Assembly (NCBI GenBank): GCA_963820525.1
Contig: CAWGAA010000001.1
Coordinates: 1,760,001 to 1,824,000, forward strand
From: an uncultured Spirochaetota bacterium
Lineage (GTDB): Bacteria; Spirochaetota; Spirochaetia; SZUA-6; Fen-1364
DNA: 64,000 bases
Reading direction: 5' to 3'
A program made the position numbers and the translations under genes. Of this stretch, positions 8,778 to 20,096 are shown in pieces. Each line of letters starts with the position of its first letter. The stretch's first letter is position 1. A model generated the notes under the pieces. The model worked only from the letters and a program-made list of their open reading frames with translations, ran no database searches and had not been told where the DNA came from.

Positions 8778-10891
8778 TCACTCCGCCGCTGCTTTCTCCC
8801 TGTCGCCCATTGAGAAGCGAGCTGCGGCCCGGGCAACCTCCTCGATCATGTCCTTGGTGGAAACGGCCAGGTCGAGCACGTTCCCTACCGCCTTGGTGAT
8901 CTCCCCGGTGCCGGAGGCGATCTCGCCGACATTGCCGCGCACGGCGCTGTTCACGTCCGCCAGGCGCGCGATGGAGGAGAGAATCTGCCCACTTCCCTCC
9001 TTCATCTGGATGGAGCCGTCCTGCACCTGAACCGTGACATCATTGATGTTCTTCAGGCCGTCGAGAACCTGGCGGCTTCCTTCGTTCTGCTCGGCCATGG
9101 CGCGTTCGATCTGGCGCACGATGTCTCCGACCTTTTCAACCTTTTCGAATACGATTCCGAATGCCTCTCCCGTTTCCTGGGACGTCTTGGCCACCTCGTC
9201 GATGCTCGTCTTGATGCCGCTCAAGCGCTTGGCGATCTCCCGGGATTGGCGCGATGCCTGCTCGGCGAGATGCCGGATCTCCTCCGCCACCACGGCGAAC
9301 CCCTTCCCCCATCTCCCGGCGTGCGCCGCTTCTATCGATGCGTTCATGGCGAGGAGGTTCGTGTTGGCGGCGATCCCGGCGATGAGCTTGGCGGCCGCCA
9401 TGAGGTCCGCTGACTGCCGTGCTATCTGGTCAATGGCCGCGATCACCGTCGTGAGTTTCTTCTTCCCTTCCCCGGAAACGTCCAGGAGCTCGCCGGTGAA
9501 GGCATGCGCCTGCTCCGCGCTCGAGCTCACCGAGCCGATGTTGGAGACCATCTGCTCGATCGCGGCCGACGACTCGGTGACGGCGATCGCCTGCCCGTCG
9601 ATCATTGCGCCGAGTCCCTCCACCGTGAGGGAGACCCTCTCGGCCGTCTGGGAGGTTCGCTCCACGGCGGCGGATTGTTCGGCGATCTGATTCTCCGTGG
9701 AGGCGATGCTCGCGTTGATCTGGTTTACCGCGGCGGCCGTCTGCTCCATGTCCGTGGTCAGCGAGAGCCCGGTCTGCTTCAAGCTCTCCATCCGCTCATT
9801 CAGGGTATCGATCACGGCTCTGAAACCGGCCAGAAGGGCGTTGAGCGAAGCCGCCGCCATGCCGATCTCGTCGCGGGAGCGCACGACGGCGCGCGCGGAG
9901 AGGTCCCCCCGATCGCCTTCTGGAGAGCGGCCGAAAGCAGCCCAATGCGGCGCGTCACGAAAAGCCGCACCAGGAGCATGAGAAGGCCGATGAGGAGCAG
10001 CAGACAGGCCGCCCCGCTTCCCGCGATGATCAGCATGAGCGCGCGGGAGAAGCCGGTCGTTTCACCTTGCGGCATCGTGACGCTCAGGTACCACGGCATG
10101 CTTTGCAGGCGCACCCATCGGGCGGAAAAGAGCGCTCCGTCGCGGCTGAACTCGGCGGATCCGCCCGCATCGGAAGAGGCGGTGATGCGCTCCGCGAGGG
10201 CGGCGGGAACCGCGTGCGTCATGATCAGGCTCTCATCGGGGCTGGCAATGATGGTGGAGGTTTCGTCCATTATCGCAAAAGTCCCGATGCTTTCAAACCC
10301 GCGGTCCTTGAACAGCGCGCGGGAGAAGCCCGTTATGTCGAGGGAGGCGACGAGGAGCCCGCGAAAAGCCGCCCCCGAGCGGATCGGCGCGGCGATCATC
10401 AAGGCAGGCTTCTTGGCGGAGAACGACCGTGTGGGATACGGAGTGACGAAATACGGGAGGTCCTTTCCCACGAAGGCCTTCCACACACCGAGGCCTGCGA
10501 TGCTGGTGCCGGGAAGATTTCCCTTGTCCGCAGCCACGATCGTGCCGCTCGCATCCGTCAGGAAGACCTCCTGCAGGATTCCCCTGTCCTCCTGCTGCCC
10601 CGAGGGAAGCAGCCCCTGGATGCTGACAGCATCGCTCCCGGAGGTCTTTTCCGTGGAAATCCTTGCGGCATTGAAACGGAGCAGAATCGCGTAATCGTGG
10701 AACCAGAGGTCGATATATCTTTCAAGCGTCGCCAGCTCGTGCAGGGAAGCGTTTTCACGGGCACGGTGGACCTCCCCGCTCACTCGAGAGGAGCTGAAAA
10801 AGGTCAGCGCGGCGAAGGTCGCGGCCACGAGCAGGAAGACGCCGATCGAGATCCTGGCCGAAAGGCCCAATCCTTTCCTGAAGGTTTCCAT
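8778..10891 (-). pseudogene. Methyl-accepting chemotaxis protein (TM-Cache-TM-HAMP-MCP signal), split by a frameshift in a G6 run at 9905-9910
   Basis: Upstream ORF has 2 TMs and a Cache-like region. Downstream frame has HAMP '[15 protein letters not shown]' and MCP core '[28 protein letters not shown]'. One extra G would join them. Confidence 0.85.
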
Positions 10892-11086
10892 GACCCATCC
10901 TCCAAAGCCGGAGCTAACGCTAGAGTCGCGTAGGCCAGACGCGATGTCAAGCAAAGGGGTTTTTCACAGGCCGCCGTGCGGCGGCATGAAATCTCACCGC
11001 GGTCGCCCGGCGCGGCGGCTATCGGGGACCCCCGCTGCGCGCCGGCGACTATCGGGAGGCCTCCGCCGCGGCGGCGCGGCGGCGCT

Positions 11087-11467
11087 TCAGCTGCGAGGCC
11101 CGAGCGAGGTCACGAGCACCGTAACCCCGGCGATGATGATGAACAGGGGCCACACCTTCCCCCAATCGAGGTTGAACAGGAAGATGGCCGTGACCAAAAG
11201 AAGGATGATCCCGCCCATCAGGGGGCCGCGCGCGGCAACCGTGAGCCGCCTGCCGCTTCGCTCGTAGATGGCGTACGCGGAGGCAAGGGCTCCGAAGGAA
11301 GGGATAAGGATGAAAAGGGCCCACCAGTTGTTGAGCTCGAAGCCCATAACGTTTCGCAGGATGAAAATAACTCCGAGCAGGATCAGCGCGCCCCCGATCA
11401 CCCAGGCTGAGTAGCGCGAGGCCGGCGGCTTGTTTCCGCGATCATCGTCCGACGGTGGCTGGCTCAT
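11087..11467 (-). CDS. Small 4-TM membrane protein (LiaF/LiaI-like repeats)
   Basis: 'GGALILLGVIFIL...NWWALFILIP', 'WGKVWPLFIIIAG'; GGAGG RBS. Confidence 0.7.
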   Translation of the reverse strand: MSQPPSDDDRGNKPPASRYSAWVIGGALILLGVIFILRNVMGFELNNWWALFILIPSFGALASAYAIYERSGRRLTVAARGPLMGGIILLLVTAIFLFNLDWGKVWPLFIIIAGVTVLVTSLGPRS

Positions 11468-11491
11468 GTGTCTACACCTCCATTCATGCCT

Positions 11492-12241
11492 TCAGTAGAG
11501 AAAAGGGATCACCCGCTTCCTCTCAGCCGGGTAGTCCGGGAAATGGCAGCGGTACCAGTTTCTGTGGGCGTGAGCCCGGGGGATGAGATTGGCCGCTGTG
11601 AACAGGGCGAAGGCCAGCCCGGCGAGGGACCACGCCGCAAGGGCCCACCCCGTCCACTGCGCGATCTCTCCAAAGTAGTTCGGGCAGGCGATCTTTTCGA
11701 AGAGGCTCCCTCGGGGGATGCGATATCCCGTCTCTCCGGGGGCTCGCAGGCCGCGAAGCACCGCGTCGGCCCACGTGTGGATGACGAACCCCGCCACGAA
11801 CAAGGCCAGGCCGGCGCAGAAGCGGAGATCCGGGAGAAGGCCGGCGTGAGCCAGGGGAAGCATGTCGGCGAGTGATGTTCCGTTTGCGTAGCCGTTCATG
11901 CTGTTGAAGATCACCGCGATGACGATGAGGAGAACGGGGAATCTCTTGCCCCTCTCGCGGATGAGAAAAGGGAAGATCAGGGTTCGATATACGTAGTGAA
12001 GCTCCCAGAAGAGCAGGAGCAGCAGAGCGGGAAAAGCGAGCCTCCGGCCCATGGAGAGGGCCGTCACGCCGATCACGGCAAGGGCGGGCAGCTCCATGAG
12101 GATCCATCCCGCGCGCGCACCCACGGAGGGGCCCCATCCCTCAGCGGAGTATCTGCCGTAGGGAGCCGGGAGAATGAGGAGGGCGGCGAACATCGCGGGC
12201 GTCGAGACAAAAAGGATGAGAAGTGAAACCGTTTGGAGCAT
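11492..12241 (-). CDS. Steroid 5-alpha-reductase family (3-oxo-5-alpha-steroid 4-dehydrogenase-like) membrane protein
   Basis: 'APYGRY', 'WILMELP', 'HYVYR', 'GYRIPRG.LF...CPNYFGEI..W.G', 'PRA...HRNWY...FPDYP..RK..IPF'. Confidence 0.85.
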   Translation of the reverse strand: MLQTVSLLILFVSTPAMFAALLILPAPYGRYSAEGWGPSVGARAGWILMELPALAVIGVTALSMGRRLAFPALLLLLFWELHYVYRTLIFPFLIRERGKRFPVLLIVIAVIFNSMNGYANGTSLADMLPLAHAGLLPDLRFCAGLALFVAGFVIHTWADAVLRGLRAPGETGYRIPRGSLFEKIACPNYFGEIAQWTGWALAAWSLAGLAFALFTAANLIPRAHAHRNWYRCHFPDYPAERKRVIPFLY

Positions 12242-12434
12242 GGTGCTGCGACCGTCCAGCGTGCCCGACGGCCGCATCGACTCTATCCGATCACCGCCCG
12301 GGGCGCAAGATGCGCGGCTGGTAGGGCGAACCGATCATGGTATACATTGCGGGCGTGGAGAAGATCGTGCTCGTCTCCCTGGTGAGAATCCCGGCGGAGG
12401 CAGCCGGCTGACACCGCGGCGCAAGGAGAACGTC

Positions 12435-13535
12435 ATGAGAAAGCTCGCGGCTTCGATCCTTTTCGCATTTCTCGCGGCAGCGGCTCTCGGCGCTGAATCA
12501 CCCGACGCGCCGGCTTCCTTCACCCGTTACACGATGTCGGCCGCGGGGATCGAATACCCCGATGGCTGGCAGGTGTCCGGTATGGAAGGCGGAGGACTCG
12601 CCGTCGCCTTCTTCGCACCGGACAAGGGCCTGGAGGATCCGTTCGACAGCACGGATATCGAAGGCCTTCTCGACAGGGGCAGTGCGTTCGCCCTCTTCTT
12701 GATCGCGACCCCGCAGATGGCGGATACGTTGAGCATCGGCACGGGAGAGATCGAATCCATCATCGACAGCGCCGTCAATCGTCTCGGCCCCGAAGGGGAA
12801 GCCGTGCGGATCGAGGACACGTCCCTCGGCGGGCTCGCGGGCAAGCTCAAGACGGGGCGCTGGGGGGGAGAGGAAGCCGCCACTGCCTCAGTAGCGGCGG
12901 CAAAGACCGGCCAGGGATCGATTGTCCTGTTCGTCTGCCTTTCCACGGACGCGGAGGGAGAGCGTTTCGATGAAGCGTTTAGCCGCATGCGCCAATCCAT
13001 CACGATCGGCGGTACGGCTCTCCCCAAGGCGGGAGGCGGGCCGGGGTACGGCAGACTGAGGAACGCGACCCTCCTGATAGACTACCCCGGGGATTGGCAC
13101 CCTGTCTGGCTCGAGACGCCCGAGCTGAAAGTGGCGCTTTTCACCTCGATGGAGCTCGACTTCGCCTCCCTTGAAGAGATGGATTTTCCGCCGGCGGATT
13201 TCCGACAGACAATGGCAGTGGTGGTCATGGCATCGGGTGAAACGGGCGCTGATGTCGGAGGGATGCTTGCCTCAGGAATGGAGGAGATGCTGGATTCCCT
13301 GGGATCGGACCCGAAGGCCGTCGAGCGCGGCCCCATCAACCTTGCCGGAACTGCAGGCACCTGGCTGTCCGCGACCGTCACAAGCTCAACAGACCAGAGG
13401 ATCGGCGCGTATATCGCGGGCATCTCAGACGCGAAGAAGGGCGCCGTCATTTTCCTTGGGCTGTCGCCGGTCCAGGACTTCACCAAGGCAAAGAGGCAGT
13501 TCGAGACGATGATCAAGAGCTTCACGCTTCAATAA
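12435..13535 (+). CDS. Secreted protein with two tandem PsbP/DcrB-like domains
   Basis: AAGGAG RBS, signal peptide; two similar halves starting 'IEYPDGW' and 'IDYPGDW'. Confidence 0.6.
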   Translation: MRKLAASILFAFLAAAALGAESPDAPASFTRYTMSAAGIEYPDGWQVSGMEGGGLAVAFFAPDKGLEDPFDSTDIEGLLDRGSAFALFLIATPQMADTLSIGTGEIESIIDSAVNRLGPEGEAVRIEDTSLGGLAGKLKTGRWGGEEAATASVAAAKTGQGSIVLFVCLSTDAEGERFDEAFSRMRQSITIGGTALPKAGGGPGYGRLRNATLLIDYPGDWHPVWLETPELKVALFTSMELDFASLEEMDFPPADFRQTMAVVVMASGETGADVGGMLASGMEEMLDSLGSDPKAVERGPINLAGTAGTWLSATVTSSTDQRIGAYIAGISDAKKGAVIFLGLSPVQDFTKAKRQFETMIKSFTLQ

Positions 13536-13629
13536 AGAGAAGGGACAATCACTTCTAATGGCGGCCGGAAACGCGGCGTGCGCTCACCGGATCCGCGCGC
13601 CGGCCGCTCGATAATGGGAAATCAGGGCG

Positions 13630-14067
13630 TCAATACGATTTCTGCGGTGCCGCCTTGAAGGATGGGTTGACCATGACGCCTTTGACCATCACGGGGACAT
13701 CGGGCCCGGGGAACTCGTAGACCCCCACCTTTCCCGCGTCCGTGTGGAGCATCGCATAGAAAACCGGCGTCGCTTTGTCCGCGTCGATGGCCACCGTCAC
13801 GTCGGAGTTGTTCCCCTCGTGCACGGCGCTGTACCCGATGACGGGTCCGGGCGCACCGTTCGCCTGAATATGGATGACGATCCAGCCGGGGCTGTCGCTC
13901 ACCACCTTGGCGATCAGAACCCTCGAATCATCGATGGCCTGGTCCGCCACGCTTACCGTTGGGATGAACTTCATGGCCTGCGCGCCGGCGGCGAGAGCGG
14001 GAATGAAGAGGAGAATCGCGAACAACGAAACAATGTATCCCGTGAAGGATGCTGCTCTGTCACGCAC
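13630..14067 (-). CDS. Small secreted beta-sandwich protein (DUF7282-like)
   Basis: AGGAGG RBS before GTG; signal peptide; 'VSVADQ...GWIVIH...GPVIGY...AMLHTD.G..G.YEFPGPD.PV'. Confidence 0.65.
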   Translation of the reverse strand: MRDRAASFTGYIVSLFAILLFIPALAAGAQAMKFIPTVSVADQAIDDSRVLIAKVVSDSPGWIVIHIQANGAPGPVIGYSAVHEGNNSDVTVAIDADKATPVFYAMLHTDAGKVGVYEFPGPDVPVMVKGVMVNPSFKAAPQKSY

Positions 14068-14126
14068 TTTGAGCCTCCTTGCCGTTTGATCTCCGGCGCC
14101 GCTCTTCGGCGGCGCTTGTACAGGGA

Positions 14127-14154
14127 TATACGGACGGGACAGACGCTTGGATCT
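14127..14154 (-). promoter_or_regulatory. Putative ECF-sigma promoter upstream of the secreted protein
   Basis: GATCC-N16-CGTATA; same core and spacing as the motif at 15541-15569. Confidence 0.7.
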
Positions 14155-14158
14155 CCCC

Positions 14159-14911
14159 TTACAGGGTGCCGTTCAGCACGCTGAGCCCGGTCGGGGCTGG
14201 GCTCCCTCCCGCGGGCTCGACGGTGACCGCGTATGCGCGGCATTCGGAGAGCGGATACGGGGCGGAGACGCTGAATGCGGCCGCGCCGGCATCGTCAACG
14301 CTGAAGACCCCGCCGTTGATCCGCTCGTCATCCTTGTACATCCACAGCTGGTATTCGCGGCCGGGGGGCAGAGGCGCGAGCCGTGAAACGACAAATACCC
14401 CGGTGGTCTTGCGGCCGGAGAAGAATACGGTTGCGTTGGCAGAGGGGGCTGAAGCGGTCCCTCTCAGGCTCACCGCCACGGAGCTCTCGCCCCGGAACGC
14501 CGGAAATCCGATCCGCCGCAGAAGCACGACATCCAGCGCACCCAAAACCGCGATCAGAAGGAGGCAGGCGGCCAGAGCGGCGGGAGCGATGGAAGGGGAA
14601 ACGAGGAACTTCCCGGTCAGGCGCAGGAAGAACCTCAGGGACCTCGGCGGCGCCTCGAGGCGTTTGCTCCGCGTCATCTCGGCGCGGTATGTGGCGAGCA
14701 GGCGGAACTCGAAATCGGGCGGAGGAGAGAGAGGCGGGGCGGCGTAGCCAATGCGCGCCGTGACGACGTCCCAGCGGGCAAGCTCCGATCTGCACTGAGG
14801 GCATCCGCGAAGGTGGGCCGAAACATGGCGCGCCTCCCGGGGGTCCAGGCAGCCGAGGGAATACGCTTCCAGGAGGTCATTCACATGCCGCGTTTCACGC
14901 ATCTGATCCAC
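14159..14911 (-). CDS. RskA-like anti-sigma factor
   Basis: N-terminal Zn-finger 'H...AHLRGCPQC', TM, C-terminal 'LAPLPPGREYQLW...AVTVEPAGGSPAPTG'. Confidence 0.9.
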   Translation of the reverse strand: MDQMRETRHVNDLLEAYSLGCLDPREARHVSAHLRGCPQCRSELARWDVVTARIGYAAPPLSPPPDFEFRLLATYRAEMTRSKRLEAPPRSLRFFLRLTGKFLVSPSIAPAALAACLLLIAVLGALDVVLLRRIGFPAFRGESSVAVSLRGTASAPSANATVFFSGRKTTGVFVVSRLAPLPPGREYQLWMYKDDERINGGVFSVDDAGAAAFSVSAPYPLSECRAYAVTVEPAGGSPAPTGLSVLNGTL

Positions 14912-15533
14912 CCCATCTCGCGGAGGACAGATCCGCGTCCGCCAGAAGGTCGCGCAGCTTCTGCATCCCCAGCCGGATCCTGGTCTTCACCGTGCCGATC
15001 GGTAGTCCAAGAGCCTGGGAGATCCGGGAATGGGTATAACCCTGGAGAAAGGCGAGCGCAATCGCTTCACGCTGTTCCGCCGGCAAAAGGAAGATGGCCT
15101 GACGCACCCTCCCTCGCAGCTCTGCGCCGGCCACCTCGGCCTCCGGGTCCTCCCGAGCATCGGCGATATCAAAGGCGCAATCGGCGTCCCAGTCCAGAGT
15201 CAAGGGCTGCAGCCGCACTCTGCGCCTTCGGATTTCATCTATCGCGCGGTTTCGGGCGATCCTCATGATCCACGTCTCCACGGAAGCCTTCTCCGGCTTG
15301 TACTGCCCGGCGTTTCTCCAGACGCGGGCGAAAACATCCTGGGTGATCTCCTCGGAGGCGCCCTGGTCCTTTGTCACCTGGAACGCAAGGCTGTAGACAT
15401 GCCGCCCATACCTGCCGTACAGGACGGAAAGCGCGGCTTCGTCTCCCGCCGCGAGCCTCTCGATGAGCCTGGAGTCCTCCGCGGCCGCTTTGTTCATACG
15501 GCTTCGAAGCCCGGCCGCGGCTGCCTCACCCAT
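14895..15533 (-). CDS. ECF RNA polymerase sigma factor (SigK-like)
   Basis: 'EEITQDVF..VW', 'WIMRIARNRAIDEIR', region 4 'GYTHSRIS..LGLPIGTVKTRIR'; overlaps the anti-sigma start. Confidence 0.92.
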   Translation of the reverse strand: MGEAAAAGLRSRMNKAAAEDSRLIERLAAGDEAALSVLYGRYGRHVYSLAFQVTKDQGASEEITQDVFARVWRNAGQYKPEKASVETWIMRIARNRAIDEIRRRRVRLQPLTLDWDADCAFDIADAREDPEAEVAGAELRGRVRQAIFLLPAEQREAIALAFLQGYTHSRISQALGLPIGTVKTRIRLGMQKLRDLLADADLSSARWGGSDA

Positions 15534-15540
15534 AGTTCAC

Positions 15541-15569
15541 TATACGCGCGCGATGGCAGCCTGGATTCA
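15541..15569 (-). promoter_or_regulatory. Putative autoregulatory ECF promoter of the sigma/anti-sigma operon
   Basis: TGAATCC-N16-CGTATA ending 7 nt before ATG 15533. Confidence 0.7.
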
Positions 15570-15665
15570 CCCTGCACGAAAAAGCCTCCGCCTCCTCGCC
15601 TCGATCGGGAGAGCACAGTATTTCAATGCTGCACTTAATATAGCGTCAGGGAGGCCCGGCGTGCA

Positions 15666-18253
<2,588 letters not shown>

Positions 18254-18256
18254 GCG

Positions 18257-19108
18257 TCAGCCCTTGATTCCGCCAGAGGTGAGGCCGGAGATGAAGTATT
18301 TCTGGAAGAAGAAAAAGACGATGATGATCGGAACGGAGGCCACGCAGGACCCCGCGATGAGCATGTCGTAGTTGTTGCCGTAGGGGGTCAGCAGGCTGTT
18401 CAGTCCGATCGTGAGCGTGAACATGTTTCCCGTGCGTACCACGATCAGGGGCCAGAGGAAGTTGTTCCAGCTCTGCTGCGCGACAAGAATCGCCATGGCC
18501 CCATACGCGGGGGTCATCAGGGGCGCCGAAATCCGGAAGAATATCGAATACTCATTCAGGCCGTCGATCCGTCCCGCGTCGAGGTAATCCAACGGAATAC
18601 CCACGGCGTACTGCCGGAAAAAAAATATGGCGAACGGAGAGACGATGAACGGCAGCAGCACCCCGGGAAACGTGTTCATCGTATGCAGCGTCGTCATGAG
18701 CTTGTACAGGGGAAGAATGAGAATCTGCAGGGGAACGATCATGATGAAAAGCACGAGGAGCGTCAGCGTGTTCCTCCCCTTGAACCGGTATACTCCCAGG
18801 CCGTATCCCACGAACGAGGAAAACACAAGGGTGAGCACGGTCTGCGAGACTGCAAGGAGGAGGCTGTTCCTGTACCACACCGGGTACGCCCCGCTGTGCC
18901 CCGTCAGGAGCGCGGCATAATTGTTGGCATTGAATACGTTGGGAATCAGGCTGGTAAACGCGATGCCGTAGCGCATCAGATCACGGCCGGGTCTGAAGGA
19001 CGCGAGGATGAGGGAATAGATGGGGAAGAGAAAGAGCAGCCCCAGGATCCCCAGCAGGGCGTATTTCGCCATCTCTAATGTGCGGTCGCGTGCCGTGAAG
19101 GCTGCCAT
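18257..19108 (-). CDS. Carbohydrate ABC permease (AraQ/MalG-like)
   Basis: EAA-type loop 'DYLDAGRIDG', 'WNNFLWPLIV', 'QKYFISGLTSGGIKG'. Confidence 0.9.
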   Translation of the reverse strand: MAAFTARDRTLEMAKYALLGILGLLFLFPIYSLILASFRPGRDLMRYGIAFTSLIPNVFNANNYAALLTGHSGAYPVWYRNSLLLAVSQTVLTLVFSSFVGYGLGVYRFKGRNTLTLLVLFIMIVPLQILILPLYKLMTTLHTMNTFPGVLLPFIVSPFAIFFFRQYAVGIPLDYLDAGRIDGLNEYSIFFRISAPLMTPAYGAMAILVAQQSWNNFLWPLIVVRTGNMFTLTIGLNSLLTPYGNNYDMLIAGSCVASVPIIIVFFFFQKYFISGLTSGGIKG

Positions 19109-19109
19109 C

Positions 19110-20000
19110 CTACGACTCCTTCTTGAAGAAGCCGAAAGACCTGAGGGCGATGACGCTGACGACGAAAATCACGACCATCAGGACTATGCCGATGGCGGAG
19201 GCGAGTCCCATACTGCCGGTCTGAAAGCCCTTCTTGTATATCAGCCCGACCATTGTCAGGCCGACATTGTTCGGCGATTGACCCTGCCAGAAGATGAAAC
19301 TCTCCTCAAACATGGCGAACCCGCCGAAAATGCTTATCGTCGTGACGAAGATGATGGTGGGCTTCAACAGGGGGAGGGTGATATAGAACAACCGCCCGAA
19401 GGGATTCACTCCATCCATATCCGCGGCTTCGTAGAGCTCCGTGGGGATGGCCTGAAGGCCCGAGAGAAAGTATACGATGTTCACCCCCGTCCAGCGCCAC
19501 ACGGCGATCATGACCATGAGAAACATTGCCTGGGCGGCGCCGCCCAGAACCCAATCCGTGGCCCGTCCGCCCAGAGCCACGATCACCGCGTTGATGACCG
19601 CCCGTGGAGAGTAGGCGAACATGAGACGGAATATGGTCCCCGCGACGACGACCGAGACAAGCGAGGGAAGAAAAAACAGCGCGCGGTACACCGCGTTTGT
19701 CTTATGACGGGGAGTGTTGAGCATCACGGCGAGAATCACCGGTATGGGGATCAGTATGAGGATGGTAAGGGCCGTATATTTGAAGCTGTTGCCCAGCGCC
19801 TTGTAGAAATCCTCGGCGAACATCTTCATGTAGTTCGCGGTTCCGATGAACCGCGTCTCGCCGGGCACAACGTCCTGGAAGCTCATGATGACCGTTCCAA
19901 TGATCGGATACAGATAAAAGAGCAGGACCGAAATGATGAAAGGCAGCACAAAAACGTAGGGCGCTCTCCGCATCGAGCTGTAGAACACGCTCTGCTTCAC
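19110..20000 (-). CDS. Carbohydrate ABC permease (AraP/MalF-like)
   Basis: 'GLQAIPTELYEAADMDG...ITLPLLKP'; GGAGG RBS before GTG. Confidence 0.9.
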   Translation of the reverse strand: MKQSVFYSSMRRAPYVFVLPFIISVLLFYLYPIIGTVIMSFQDVVPGETRFIGTANYMKMFAEDFYKALGNSFKYTALTILILIPIPVILAVMLNTPRHKTNAVYRALFFLPSLVSVVVAGTIFRLMFAYSPRAVINAVIVALGGRATDWVLGGAAQAMFLMVMIAVWRWTGVNIVYFLSGLQAIPTELYEAADMDGVNPFGRLFYITLPLLKPTIIFVTTISIFGGFAMFEESFIFWQGQSPNNVGLTMVGLIYKKGFQTGSMGLASAIGIVLMVVIFVVSVIALRSFGFFKKES

Positions 20001-20048
20001 GTTTGCTTACCTCCCCCGATCCGGTCTGTGGCGGCGGTCCAAACGAGA

Positions 20049-20074
20049 ACCGCGGGGGAGTGTTCCCCCGCGGT
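20049..20074. terminator. Stem-loop after the binding-protein gene (mRNA stabiliser or partial terminator)
   Basis: ACCGCGGGGGA-GTGT-TCCCCCGCGGT, perfect 11-bp stem. Confidence 0.6.
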
Positions 20075-20096
20075 CCCCTCGGTCTTTGCGGACGCC

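Noticed and set aside
20049..20074. GTGTTCCCCCGCG resembles the start of a type I-E CRISPR repeat
   Set aside because: Single copy that is one arm of a perfect hairpin after a binding-protein gene, a usual position for such stem-loops.
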